Shown here: piece after piece, positions 38,775-51,608 of the stretch
How positions within the stretch are numbered: the first letter of the stretch is position 1
Layout: each line of letters begins with the position of its first letter
DNA from: Lytechinus pictus
Lineage: Eukaryota
Length of the DNA: 64,000 bases
Reading direction: 5' to 3'
Assembly (NCBI RefSeq): GCF_037042905.1
Contig: NC_087251.1
Coordinates: 23,810,001 to 23,874,000 of the forward strand
The notes under the pieces: model-generated
Databases searched by the model: none
What the model was told of the DNA's origin: nothing
Seen by the model: only the letters and a program-made list of their open reading frames with translations
Translations under genes and position numbers: made by a program

Positions 38775-39736
38775 CTGTTTAATGGAAAAGAAATTATATT
38801 TATTCTCTTTTATTCACATGTAATGAAACATATTTAGTGGAGTCTCAAAGCGTGTATGACTGGTATGGAAATGCTTTTTTACTTGTATATGTCCCTATTC
38901 AATAAACGGCATATCATGCCCATCATCATCTGGCTAAATTTGTTGGTTTGTTAAGAAACAATGATGCTGCTATAATCATCACACAACACTGAACAGACAT
39001 ACTACACATACCGGTAATCACTATAACACAGAATAGCTTAATAGCGTTGATGGATGAATATATGTGCATGTATATAAGTCCTGTTGAGCTAAAGTAACAT
39101 GAAACTGAGCTAACACAAAGATCAGATACAAATAACCACTTTGGATTGATACATGACATGAATAAGGCTCAAGACTTGAGTGATATTGGTATTTCATGAA
39201 AAGAATGCATTAAAATGGCAAATCAGATTTGTGAAAGAATTTGTAAGGGGCATAGACATGGTCAAATTCATGATTTAATTACTCTACGGGAATGCCAGAT
39301 TTACTACTTAAAATAAGTATATTACATTCCATCTTCATCTCCATAAACGAACATCAATGAATTATACACTATATTTTTATCTATTTTATATAAATCATTT
39401 ACTTGGAAAGATTAGAATTGAATTCTAACAGCGAGATTAATCTTTCCAGCTAAACCACTGCTAAGTATCCTCCAATCCCATGGTGCATGTTAAAGACCAA
39501 AATCCGCTCTACCATTCAATATTTGCAAAGCTGAAATATGTAAAGAACTGAAATACTGAATCTATATTATCATGAGCAATATCAGAATATTAACACTTCA
39601 AAACTAAAAACACTTGCCTATCTATACTACCTAAAAATCATACTGTATTGTAATATACATAGAAATATACTAAAATCTCAAGCTTCTATCCAACATTCCT
39701 TTCCTTTTGGCAGAACTGTCTGGGCAGACCACTCTA

Positions 39737-39928
<192 letters not shown>

Positions 39929-40120
39929 TTAAAAATTAGAATCATAATTGTTGAATTAAATGTTTATACGACTCAATGCCCTTTTCGGTCATTTTTAAAA
40001 TAAATTTCATAATTTGTATGAGTAATCTTGATGGCGAGTTCAAATTTCCTTTAAAAGGGAGCACAGATTTTTCTTTTTGCTATGATTAAATAGAATAGAT
40101 ATAACTTTATAGTCAATTTT

Positions 40121-40609
40121 CTCAAATCTGAACTATGTAATTTCTGTGAGAACCATGTTCAAACAATTGCTGATCTATTTCTTAGATGTGAATATGTAAT
40201 TTCATTTTGGAACGAAGTTCACGAGTGGTTGAAAGCCAAGCATATCAGAAGTACACAATTCAGTGACATTGAAATTTGTTTTGGAGTTATAACCCTCAAT
40301 AACTTTCATCTTACCAATATTATTGTGTTGTTTGCAAAATATTTCATTTATTCATGTAAATACAGGAATATCAAACCCACTTTTGCTCATTTTATGCTTG
40401 GTTTGGAAAGAATAGAAACAACCGAGATAATTATTGCTTTTAAACGTAATTTGATGAACGTGAATAAAAGAATGGAATATTTTGTATACAAAATGAACCA
40501 TTTATTTGAATTTGTTTGAAATGTATACTATTTTTTCAATTATGATGTATCTATGCATGTGATACTTATGTATGGAATGAGTTAAGAAAAAAAGTTGAAA
40601 AAAAAAAAA
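40121..40609 (+). mobile_element. 5'-truncated L1/Tx1-like LINE 3' end
   Basis: Frame from 40121 reads LKSELCNFCENHVQTIADLFLRCEYVISFWNEVHEWL...AKYFIYSCK, a decayed zinc-knuckle region of L1/Tx1 ORF2; A-run at 40598-40609. Confidence 0.75.
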
Positions 40610-41684
40610 TCTGAATTATAAATGCCATAGAAGTTTATAGAAATGAAGGAAACATGTAATGTACAGGGCCTGTTTAGACATGACCAAACACTAAAGATAA
40701 TATTCATATGTGAATTCAAATATATAAGAAACTCAACGAGGGGCACATAAGCATATTGCTTTACGTCTCAACATCCAAGTAAATCCAAGTAAGTAAGTAA
40801 AGAGCTTTATCCACAGTTGTACGCACAAATTCACATCCTATTTTGCTATACAATTTATTCAAAATTTGATTTGATTGCAGCTTTTTGCTATATTGGTCAC
40901 AAAAGCTCATCACCTCATATCCCAATAGGTTTACACCACAAATGTTGTGTGGTGATTTGCTCTTCATGTGCCAACTCTGAATGAGCTTTGAGTCTGAAAG
41001 CCACGAATTAAAATAACCAAGCTAGCTTTTATAAAGGAAAATTATAAATAAAGACCACTTTCCATAATGTTAACCAATGATTAGTGATTGATCCTTTCAT
41101 GATAATGGCCCTCATAATGAAAAAGTAAACCAGAGACAAGTTGTCTTGTTATTCCTTTAAGTCCACAAAGAGATGCCAGTCAATTCTGCTGACCGAGTAT
41201 GACAAAAAGCCAGAACATATTTGCAAAGACCAGCTTGTGTTGTCCGATACGAAGCCTGAAACACCTGAAGTGAGACGTTTCCAGGGATTTGAATCAGGCA
41301 AAACCCTGAAGACTGGTTTTTCTGTCTCCACCATTCAGAAGGACCACTATCCAAAAGTCTGATATACATATGCATGACTATGGGTGATTCCATACTAGAA
41401 ATATCAGCGATTTTCACATTTTCAACCTGCTGTCCTAACAAAGAACTTCAATTTGTTCTGTGGTAATAACAAAGTACTACTGGATAGACATGTGAAAAAA
41501 TGACAACCAACAAAAACGTGTAGTCCATAGGTGAATTAGGTTAAAATGTTGCATGTTCATACGGGACGTCTCTGAGTCCCATCCAACACAAAACATTTTC
41601 ACCTTTAATTCACCCATAACCCTATTTTTTTTGTTGGTTATCAGTTTCCACATGACTACCCACAATAGCTTTCAAAATTTTCAT

Positions 41685-41898
41685 TGGTGATTGGTGGGGA
41701 TTTTTTACCTGATTGCTAAGAAAGCATGAATGCTTGTAAGCAAGCAACCAGAGGACCGACGGCTTAAGGTCCTCTCCGAAGGACCTGGTAATGAGGATTA
41801 ATGCCTTATCAAAGGGCACTAGCGCACCAAGTGGGAATCGAACCCGGGTCACCGGAATTTGAATCCCCCTCTCAACCGACTGAGCTATCGCTCCTCCC
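41685..41898 (-). mobile_element. tRNA-derived SINE
   Basis: A box TAGCTCAGTCGG and B box GGTTCGATTCC, followed by a non-tRNA body including CCTTCGGAGAGGACCTTAAGCCGTCGGTCC; no complete cloverleaf. Confidence 0.85.
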
Positions 41899-42096
41899 TT
41901 CATAAAACTTTCATAAATTTGATTGCTGAAGGATTCAGCAAGGAGACTAGAAATTGTTGTAGAAATGCCCTGTACAGGTCGTACGACACATATGGAATCG
42001 CCCTTCTATAAAAGCAGTCTTTTAAAAATATTATTCTTTAATCAATAGTGAGCAGATCCTAATACGTAGGAGCTTTGCTGTAGTTAGAACTCTTAC

Positions 42097-42164
42097 CTGT
42101 CAACCTTAGCTGCTTTGTGCCATCCTCCATAGTCACCGTATGGTGCATTATCCTTAAATTTACC
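42097..42164 (-). CDS. KLC: KLC exon (GKFKDNAPYGDYGGWHKAAKVD-S)
   Basis: Conserved YGxYGGWxKAxKVD; acceptor CTTCAG, donor AG|GTAAGA; 68 nt, phase 0 to 2. Confidence 0.95.
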
Positions 42165-42300
42165 CTGAAGATGGAAGACAGAAATAAAGGAAAATATATC
42201 ATTGCAAAGATTTACTGGAACTTATATTGTTGATACACAGATAGAAGCTGGAAGATTCAGAAAAAAAATAGAGAAATTAAGAAAATAAAGAATTTGTTAA

Positions 42301-42869
42301 AGGAAACCAAAATACAAAGAGAAAATCTATCTTATCAGAAAGAATAAAATGAGAGGAGCAAACTAACACTTGTTTTATTAAAATTGGCTATAGAATAAGC
42401 GAGTTATGGAAGTTTGAAAACTCTTGTACTTTCTACGGGGACCCTCAAATTGGCAAACGTGCTTCAAAATGGCTGATATTGTGGACAACTCTCCATTTGT
42501 TTTGTACACAAATTTTCAGATTTTCCCCATTATCTTTCAAAATGCATCTTGCCTCCTGGGCATAACATATGTCATGAGACAATATAATTCACAACACATA
42601 TGTCAGGGTCAGGAGGAGATCATTTGAAATCAGTAAAATAAAAGGGAAAATCTGAAAATTTGTGTACAAAACAAATCGAGTATTGTCCACAAAATCGGTC
42701 ATTTTGAAACATGTTTGCCAAATTGATGATCCCCATAGAAAGTACAAGACTTTTTAAACGTCCATAACTTGCTTATTTCATAACCAATTTTGATGAAACT
42801 TGTTTTAAATTGTTCTTCTCATTTACTCTTTCCAATAAGATTGCTTCTCTTCTTAAGATTTGGTTTCCT
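42301..42869. mobile_element. Fold-back Kolobok-like MITE
   Basis: TTAA-AGGAAACCAAA ... TTTGGTTTCCT-TTAA; long internal inverted similarity (about 42380-42540 versus 42640-42800). Confidence 0.8.
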
Positions 42870-44276
42870 TTAATGGCAAAGAATACCAAAGTTGTCAATC
42901 AGTGCCACATGATAAACATAGATTCCAGTTTAATCTAAATCATGATCAAAGTAACTAGTATTTCTTCATACCCTGTCAAGGGTGTTATATGATTTGATTG
43001 ATGCAGATGGTGATAATACTTTACAGAATTCACAAAAATCGTTTGAAACCACAGATTATCACCCAAAAAACGTGTATTAATTATTTTCGTACATTAAGAA
43101 AGGTAAAACAAATAAATGCTTTGGTCGAAAATGCTAAATCAACGTTAGTTGCTATGGTGTGATACCACATTGTCTAAAACTAAAGAAACAAGTTTTTTAT
43201 CTGTCACGAAAGTACTAATTTATTATGGGACCTTCTTCACAAGATGTGTTAAAATCTACAAAATAGTTACATGAAAATTACTGACACCATGATTTAGATC
43301 ATAATTTTATATCTATCAGATCTTTGTGAAATCAGGCAAATATTGCTATAGGCCAGTAAGTGTAATGGGTTAGAGTTTGATTCATAATTTGCATGAAAAT
43401 TTGATTCATCCTGAAATCCGAACTCTGTTCAGATCATTCACAATATTTAATACATTTTTAAAAAGTTTATATTGGAGAAGTAATCTTCCGCATTTATTTA
43501 TTCATATCGATGTTGACTTGTGATAGACAATACATATTAAAAGAATTATGATGCAACTGGGTATTTTATTGATTGTTTCAATTTGATTTAAAGATTTCCC
43601 CAAGTACAAATCCATTTCAGGTATTTTCTTGATCTCATTATTAGATTAGTTAAAATACTGCACATCCTTTGAGAAAATATGGCCAGGGTTTAGTTACAAA
43701 ACTTTTTCAATCTATCACTAAATAGCAATACCCAATCAAGGTCATTGTTGCATGCATATTTCGTCCTAAACACTGACCTGGAATCAATCAAAAACTGTTC
43801 TTTCATATTAGCGATCCACCACAAGCCTGTTTTTAAGGACCATAGAGAATGTTTCATGTACCCGTAGATGTTCACAAAGATTACAGAAGAATTTACAATC
43901 AAATTTATGATTGACTTGAATATGACAAGCCAATTGGTGTAATCAGTCATGTTGTATGACTGAAAAATCCTCTATTTTTAATGCAACGCATACCATTTTA
44001 CAAAACTTGACATTTAAAAAAAAAAATCATCTCAGATTTTAAATATGTACTGTATCTTTGTGATTTGTAATTAATTTTAAAGTTGCCCCCAAATAAGTTA
44101 ATTTAATTCAATTTAAGTGCAATCTTAAGTTAAACTTAAGTCTTTATGAAACATCCTTCTCGATACACCATGTACTTCTAGTTTGTGGAATAGAACAGAA
44201 AATGGATCAAAACATAGTCAAAGAAATTGATTGTAGCTTGAGCTACAGCCAGGGTAATAATATCCAAGTCCTTTGG

Positions 44277-44349
44277 AAGCGCATAGAGACATTATTTATA
44301 ATGTGTTATGCGCTATTCAAGAACTGACTATTATTATTATTATTATTAT
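44277..44349 (+). mobile_element. Isolated LINE/SINE 3' tail
   Basis: Stem-loop AGCGCATA/TATGCGCT followed by (ATT)n; same layout as 8636-8700. Confidence 0.55.
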
Positions 44350-47300
44350 CCTTTCATAAAATAGAATCAGTGACATCGTTTGAATAGACAGAACTGATTG
44401 ACCAATAAAAAGCTAGAAATGGGTCTTTTTAAGACATTTAAAGTTTGTTCTCTGTACGGTTCTGGAAAATATGACTGATTCAAGCTCTTTAAACTTCTTT
44501 CCTTTTTATTAAGCAAATGTTAATCATTTTCATGGGCTCATATATGTATAGTTGAACAAAACACGAATGTCTAGCTGTGTACATTCAACACTCAATATTG
44601 ATAAGTATCATAATTCCATTGAGTAATTAAATTGATTGATGGTAATTCTTTGACCAGTGTGTATTTGGCTAAGGGAACTGGACATCCAGTCAGTGATTGC
44701 ATTTTACATTCATAGCCACATTAGAATTTTATCTCTGGCATGTTTCAAGCACAGCTCCCTCTGTTGACAATCTTGTTCAGTGCTGCAGGACAGACAGCAG
44801 TGGCTGTGGGACAATTGCTTCAATCCTACATGCAAATATTACTTCTTAGAAATATATCATATGAGCTGGCTTTTTTCCTTCAAATTTTGAATACAAATCA
44901 TTGTACAGGCCGTTATATTTCCATACATCATACTGGAAAAACAACCTTTCTTGTATGCCTTTGAATATGATTAGGCTAATTGTAACAGTGTGATTGACAT
45001 CAACTAATATTTGTCCATAAAAACAGAAGCAGAATTTGATTCATGAAGCTAGGCTTCACTGTGTCGCCAAATACCACCATGTCATACCATACTACATATA
45101 ATTATGCTAACACGTAGACTATCCTTGATTGCTGAAGATCGATCAAGAGGATCAATGGCCCTCTTATTAGCTACACAATAATTGCAGCGTCACTGCATGC
45201 CCTAGACCTAAGCACATATAAGGATGCAACATTATTTTATATGCTGGGGCCTGTGGCTTCAGAGGATGCTTCAGAAATGTCTCAAAAACTGCAATAGAGG
45301 GCTAAACATACACATCAGCCATAGGATTGGTCTATTGTCCGAATTAAAAAAAAAATTATGGGTTAGATAGCTTTTGAAATTTGTGTTTTGTTCAGCTGTA
45401 TTTTCACACAGATTAAACTAAATGCACATGCAACAAATTCCACAGAGAACTACAAGAAAATTGGTTTGCAATTGGTCTGTTGAATTTATTGCACATGCAC
45501 AAGACTAATAATAGTACAACATAACTTGCATGCTACAAAATCATATTACAAGAACATTGTTTCACATACATCAACATTAAAAGTTTACATGCATTTTTTT
45601 ATAAAGACTAGGAGGCTAATAAACAATAAAAAAAAATGCTATTATTGTTTCTCTTGAAAACTAGTGAAACCTAGTGATTTTTTAATATTTTTCAAATGGT
45701 AAATCACTGGTATCGGTAATTTGCTGGTTATATTAATAAGATTTCTATAAGGGGAATGCTACAAATTGATGCAAGGGTTTAAGTACAAACTTAAAAACAC
45801 TAACTCAAACATGATCACATGCAATGCCATGGAAGAACAGATATTCAAACAATAAGAAAGTCGTACCATCAGATAAACTTAAAGATAAGCAAAATTATAC
45901 AATCATTCTAGAAGCATTCTGACCGGCATTGGCTGTTCTTTCCATCTTCTATAAATTTTCTTTCATTGTAAACAATATTAGAACATTATTAAGAGCTATG
46001 TTCAGAATTTCAAACTTGAAAATATCTGAATAAACATCAAATGGTAAGTTCCTTCTTTGGAAACAAAGAAGCAAAGTCACAAATATTATAATCAAGTATA
46101 AATGTATGTTAGCAAGTATTTTCATGCATGTTAATGAGCACAAGCATTCAACAGACCAATTATATATACAATTTAAAATAATAGCAAATGAATGTATTAA
46201 AAATCAAATAAAATCATAAATTTAATGATTTAATAATACTTAGAATAGTACTTATTATTAATTTATAGTACTTTGAATGAAAAAAAATACCTAATTGCTA
46301 TTTTATCACACAACTTAACCCTTACAACATCAGATTGTATCTAAATCACAGTGGCTTCAATCTTTTTAGCACACATCATATAACATGATCTATTACTCAC
46401 TATGTGATCAGGAAATACTCATTCAGATTAATTAAATCAATGCTTACACACTTCAATACAAACTAAACTTTGTAACTGACTTTAAAAAGTCTATTTCATA
46501 GACCTTTCACATGCCCTACACTGAGGACCTTTACATATGGCAGTTTAAAACTATATTATGACAATTTCCTTCATTTGATAATTTGACCTAAAATGAATCA
46601 ACTGTTGACCAATCCATGCCTTTAAGTAATTCACCTAAGATGTTTCATCCAAAAACAGCAATACTTTTCACCAAAAAAGGATAAGCAAAACAACTCATAA
46701 GTATTTATGATAACAAAGTTTGGTCATGTCTCATCTGATTAAATTAATATCTAAACTTTAGATATAGCTAGTGAGTGAAGTACTAGTAGGATATGGTATA
46801 CCCAATTACTTAGCACTCTACATTAAATTGATTTAAACCTTAAAAGCACTTCCAAAAGTTCCAAGATAAAGTAACAAGTAACCTCTTATGTATTTAACTA
46901 AGTGATCCATAAGAAAGATGTAATTAATAATTCATTAATTAAATTCCCCTATGTGACATGCCAATCATCTGAAATAGCATTGGATTATTGATTCCAATGT
47001 GGCATGGATTTTATTCCTTATACTTTATAAATATATGTAATCCACACATGATTCGTTCAGTAAATCTAACTGATTCAAGATCTATGAGACAATAGTAGAG
47101 ATAATCTGGCTTTATGAAAAATTACTTTTTATTGAAAATCATCTTGCATGAATAATAAATCATTGCAAAATAATCTGAATAGTAAATGTTTGTATTTTGT
47201 CCCATACACTTAATCTGTTGTGAAGATTTTTACAACTTAAAGCCACAAGAGTATCGTTGAAAAAAATGTGTTCCTTTTCTTTAGGCTCATGCTTTTGTGA

Positions 47301-48080
47301 GACTGTCATCGTCTATTTTTTTTCTTTAATTTCAATACACCCTGTCGAAAGAACAAAGCATACAGCCCAATGTTTCTATAATAACTGCTATTTATGTTTG
47401 TCATTCTTTACTTGATTTTGCTGATGGATCATGCATATTCTTAAAAAAAAAACGGTTTACATCTGTCCTATGTGGAGTTTACACCACCAAAAAGCTATAT
47501 GGACCCATTTTTAAACCTATCATACCCCACTAGTGTAATCTAGAGGACAGAATTCAAAAAATAAATGTTAAAATTCACTCTCAAGTATGTGGGGTTCATT
47601 TTGTTTGTGTGTGTGTGTGTGTGTGAACTTTTAAAAGTTACAATTTGCCTTTAATGAGTGTCCTTTAATGAGTGTCACTCATGCATGACCTGACTTATTA
47701 AACTAATTTTTAAACAGAAGGTTATCCATAGGTGTAGGAACAATTTTAACAAGTTAAATTTTGTCAAAATTCGTCACTGAAAATTATGCCATTTCAATTA
47801 AGGGGAACTTACTTTTTGTGTTATGTTCAGTAAATGAAACATAATAGTTGCAAGGGTATACTGGTGCATGAGGAGGACAAGCACAAATGTTTTCATGGCA
47901 TGTCGAAAGCTTATGATCAATAATTTTTTCATAAGAATTTCCTGATATTTTAAGAGATGAATGATAATTCTGAAAGTATACGGTAAACAGCAAAATAATA
48001 GTGAAAGCTCATGGTTGAAAGCCTGATTTAGCTCAGGAATGAGTCTGATCATTTGATGCTATATAATGATGTCTCGTTGG

Positions 48081-48179
48081 TCACACCAAAGTTTGTTCTG
48101 TTGATGGTCTTAATATCCTGGAGAATTGCACCCATGCTTCGTCAACGTAATACTTAACTTGCCCTGGCCACAATGAAGA
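48081..48179 (-). CDS. KLC: Candidate KLC alternative terminal exon (SSLWPGQVKYYVDEAWVQFSRILRPSTEQTLV*)
   Basis: Branch-like TATGAC, tract CCCTTTTTTCTTTTCT, first AG is TAG at 48182-48180; 32 sense codons in phase 0 then TGA. Confidence 0.55.
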   Translation of the reverse strand, partial: SSLWPGQVKYYVDEAWVQFSRILRPSTEQTLV

Positions 48180-49846
48180 CTAGTTAATACAATCACAGAA
48201 AAGAAAAAAGGGTCATAACACAAGGGTAAGAAGATTAACTATGTGTTAGATTATTAAATGCCCTGTCAGCTAAAAAATGTTTGTGTACTTGTTTTTGTTT
48301 TTATTCATTTTTGCTCGATCTCTCTTGCAAGATAATACTTCTGATCTTTAATAGATTTTTCAATTTTGCAATATTTTCATTTTTGCTGAAAATATATTGT
48401 TTTGAATGAAATCACCCTTTCCTTAAAAAGGTATTGAAATTATATCATACAATAATTAAAACCAGAATTATTTATAACACTACTATTTTTTATCTATTTT
48501 GCACTTTCTAAAAAAACATAAGAAATCAATTTAAGAAGTGAGAAATAATAAACCTTCAAATTTTAGGGAGGGATGAATACATGATTCTTTTTTTAAAGTG
48601 CACCAATCACCAAAAGATATTTAGATCTGTGTTAGAAAGTCCGTCCTATTATGATAGGAAAATGCCAACAGGGTGCCAGATAAAAGTTCATTTCATTCTT
48701 TTTAGCAACATGCAAATAATCTTTTGGAGTGGTTAGTTGTACATTTTTATCTGTAATATCAGGGAGCTCATTACTATGTGTTAAGGATGCAAGTTAAGTG
48801 TTGAGCATAAGTGTCATGATTATGTAGGTGATGATTAGAAGAGTGGATAGCATGCAATGAAAAGGGGCATATCTCCACTGATGTGCCACATTTTATGACA
48901 GCAAGCAGGAGAAAAGTGATACAATGTTCTTGGATCCCTTAAGTTCACTTTGACCAGAATATCTGTTTTTAATAGAGGTATAATTTTAGGTACACTTTGA
49001 TGAATCTCAAGATTATAATGCAATGATGTATATATATATATGATTATCAGTGTTTATTTATGCTGTGAGTGTATATTGCGAATACAGATTGTCTTAAAAG
49101 TTTCAGGAATATTAAAGACAAGATAGGGATATTGAAGATAGGATAGCAGTTATGTGGCAGGGTAAGTTTAATCTTTAATACAATATGATAATGTATGGGT
49201 ATATTTCAGATGTCAACAGTAACTGATGTTTTATGATTACATTTCATTGCTATATCACAGTTTACAATGAATACAGACAGAAATATCTAGATGGAAATTG
49301 ACTTAACACATTTTCCCCTCAGGATAAATATTTACAAGTACTTTGGTAGATTAAAAAAATATGTTCTTTTGGATTTGTGTCATGGCCTTTTCCAAGTTTC
49401 ACTTATTTTCTTTAATAATTCAAATGGCATGATTTCTCACAAATCGACCTTATCTATTTGCATCAAGGACCAACAATCCTCAGAAAAATATTCTGTTAAA
49501 TAATTTATAAATTGTCAGATATAGAGATAAATTAATTTCATGAAAGACTGACTACAAATTATGAATTACTTGCATTTCCATTTTCGAATACAAACAGTTA
49601 GTATATCAACAATTATCCAATCACCATGCTTGTAGTACATAAAAGAATAGGAATACAATCACTGAAAAATGTACACATAATTTCATGCTGTTATACAGAG
49701 ACAAGACATGATCACAAGAGATTATATAGAGCTATACATAGAAGGCGTAAGGGAGGAGGGGTAGGATCAAATATGCATGATGATTTGGCGAGCTTGTTAA
49801 AGTATGCATACAAGGGAAGGATAGTGTTATTATTATATGTATTTCA

Positions 49847-50146
<300 letters not shown>

Positions 50147-51488
50147 TCAAGGGGATCAACGGGGGAAAAACATTAATGTCATATCAGAAATTAACTTTTT
50201 GAAATTAAATGAAACTTTTATCAATCAGTAATCTAGATAATACAGTCCATCTATGCATAAGATATCATTACAACCAAAATTTTCTTTTCAATGATTTCCA
50301 GGCCTTGCCTAAGCATCATTCAACATGGAAATTAAGCAGTTCCCCCTTTTTTTTCTTATTTATTTTTTATTCTATGTTGGTGACCTTATACTTTTCTATT
50401 CACTTTTTTTAGGAGGGGGGGCAATTGCTTCTTTGATAACCTTTGACCTCTTGTTTTTTCTTTTGATAGGCAGAATTTTTTTTTTACACCACTGCCCCCA
50501 TCCCTGACCAATCCTGTTTCTGCCCTGATTCATACATGAGTCATTGTTTATTCCTCCATTATCAGTATTTGATAGATGCTCATGTCACACCAAGGTGGAA
50601 TAGTAGTAAATCCAGAAAGATATTTCAAGAAAGGCTCTTAGTACAGAAAGCAACGGTGTACAGTAAATATTCAAAATTCCCAACTAACTGGAAAATGCCA
50701 TTTCAGCTTGAATCAATTCATGAGTTAAAACAAATTTCATGAGTTATACTTCATAAAATTTAATCATCCCCTTTGTAGCCTATGGGCACACATTATTGGG
50801 GGGGGGAGGGGCACTCAGCTATATTGCTGTACACATGCATGACCAAAGGTTTTACAAACCCACCCTAAACCAGTTTTATCCATTGGTCAAATTTATACTC
50901 TATTCCAAGTATTGTTGTGTGCTTTTTTACAATTTTGTCTCCTGAACAAGTGTAACCCCTAAAACATAACTTTATACAAGTACAACCCCTAATACACCCA
51001 AAACAATGTTTAAAACAATTTCTCTCAATTGAACCTCTAAAAATGATAGAAATGTTATAACCACCTTAAAACAATTAACTTTGAGCAAGGTCTACCTTAG
51101 ATTAGGTCTGGAAAACAAGTTTGGAGAAAAAGATACCCAATAATGCATATTTGTATTAGTCAACAATCATACCCGCTTCGCCTGTTTTTCTTCTTTTTGA
51201 GACCCCGAAAGCATGACACACCATGATCAGAAAAAAAGTTCACTTTAACAAATTTTTTCATCGCACGTGTATACAGCAATACCTAGGGTCCCATCTGACA
51301 AAGAGTTGCAATAGATTAAAATCCAACTCAAATTGAACTTGATCTAAAATTGTGCAATTAAGAAAGAGATAGCAATTTAGATCTATCTCAGTTTGAGTTA
51401 GAATGCAATCAATCACATCTCTATGAAAGACTGTAAGCCAGGATAGCTTCAAAGAAAATTCTTGATTACAGAAAGAACCTAGAACTCA

Positions 51489-51608
<120 letters not shown>

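Noticed and set aside
41157..41358. Phase-2-compatible terminal exon R-LLDSGPSEWWRQKN...
   Set aside because: Acceptor GTATATCAG lacks a pyrimidine tract and the peptide has no recognisable feature.
41825..41898. tRNA gene
   Set aside because: A and B boxes are present but there is no proper acceptor stem, and the sequence runs into a SINE body.
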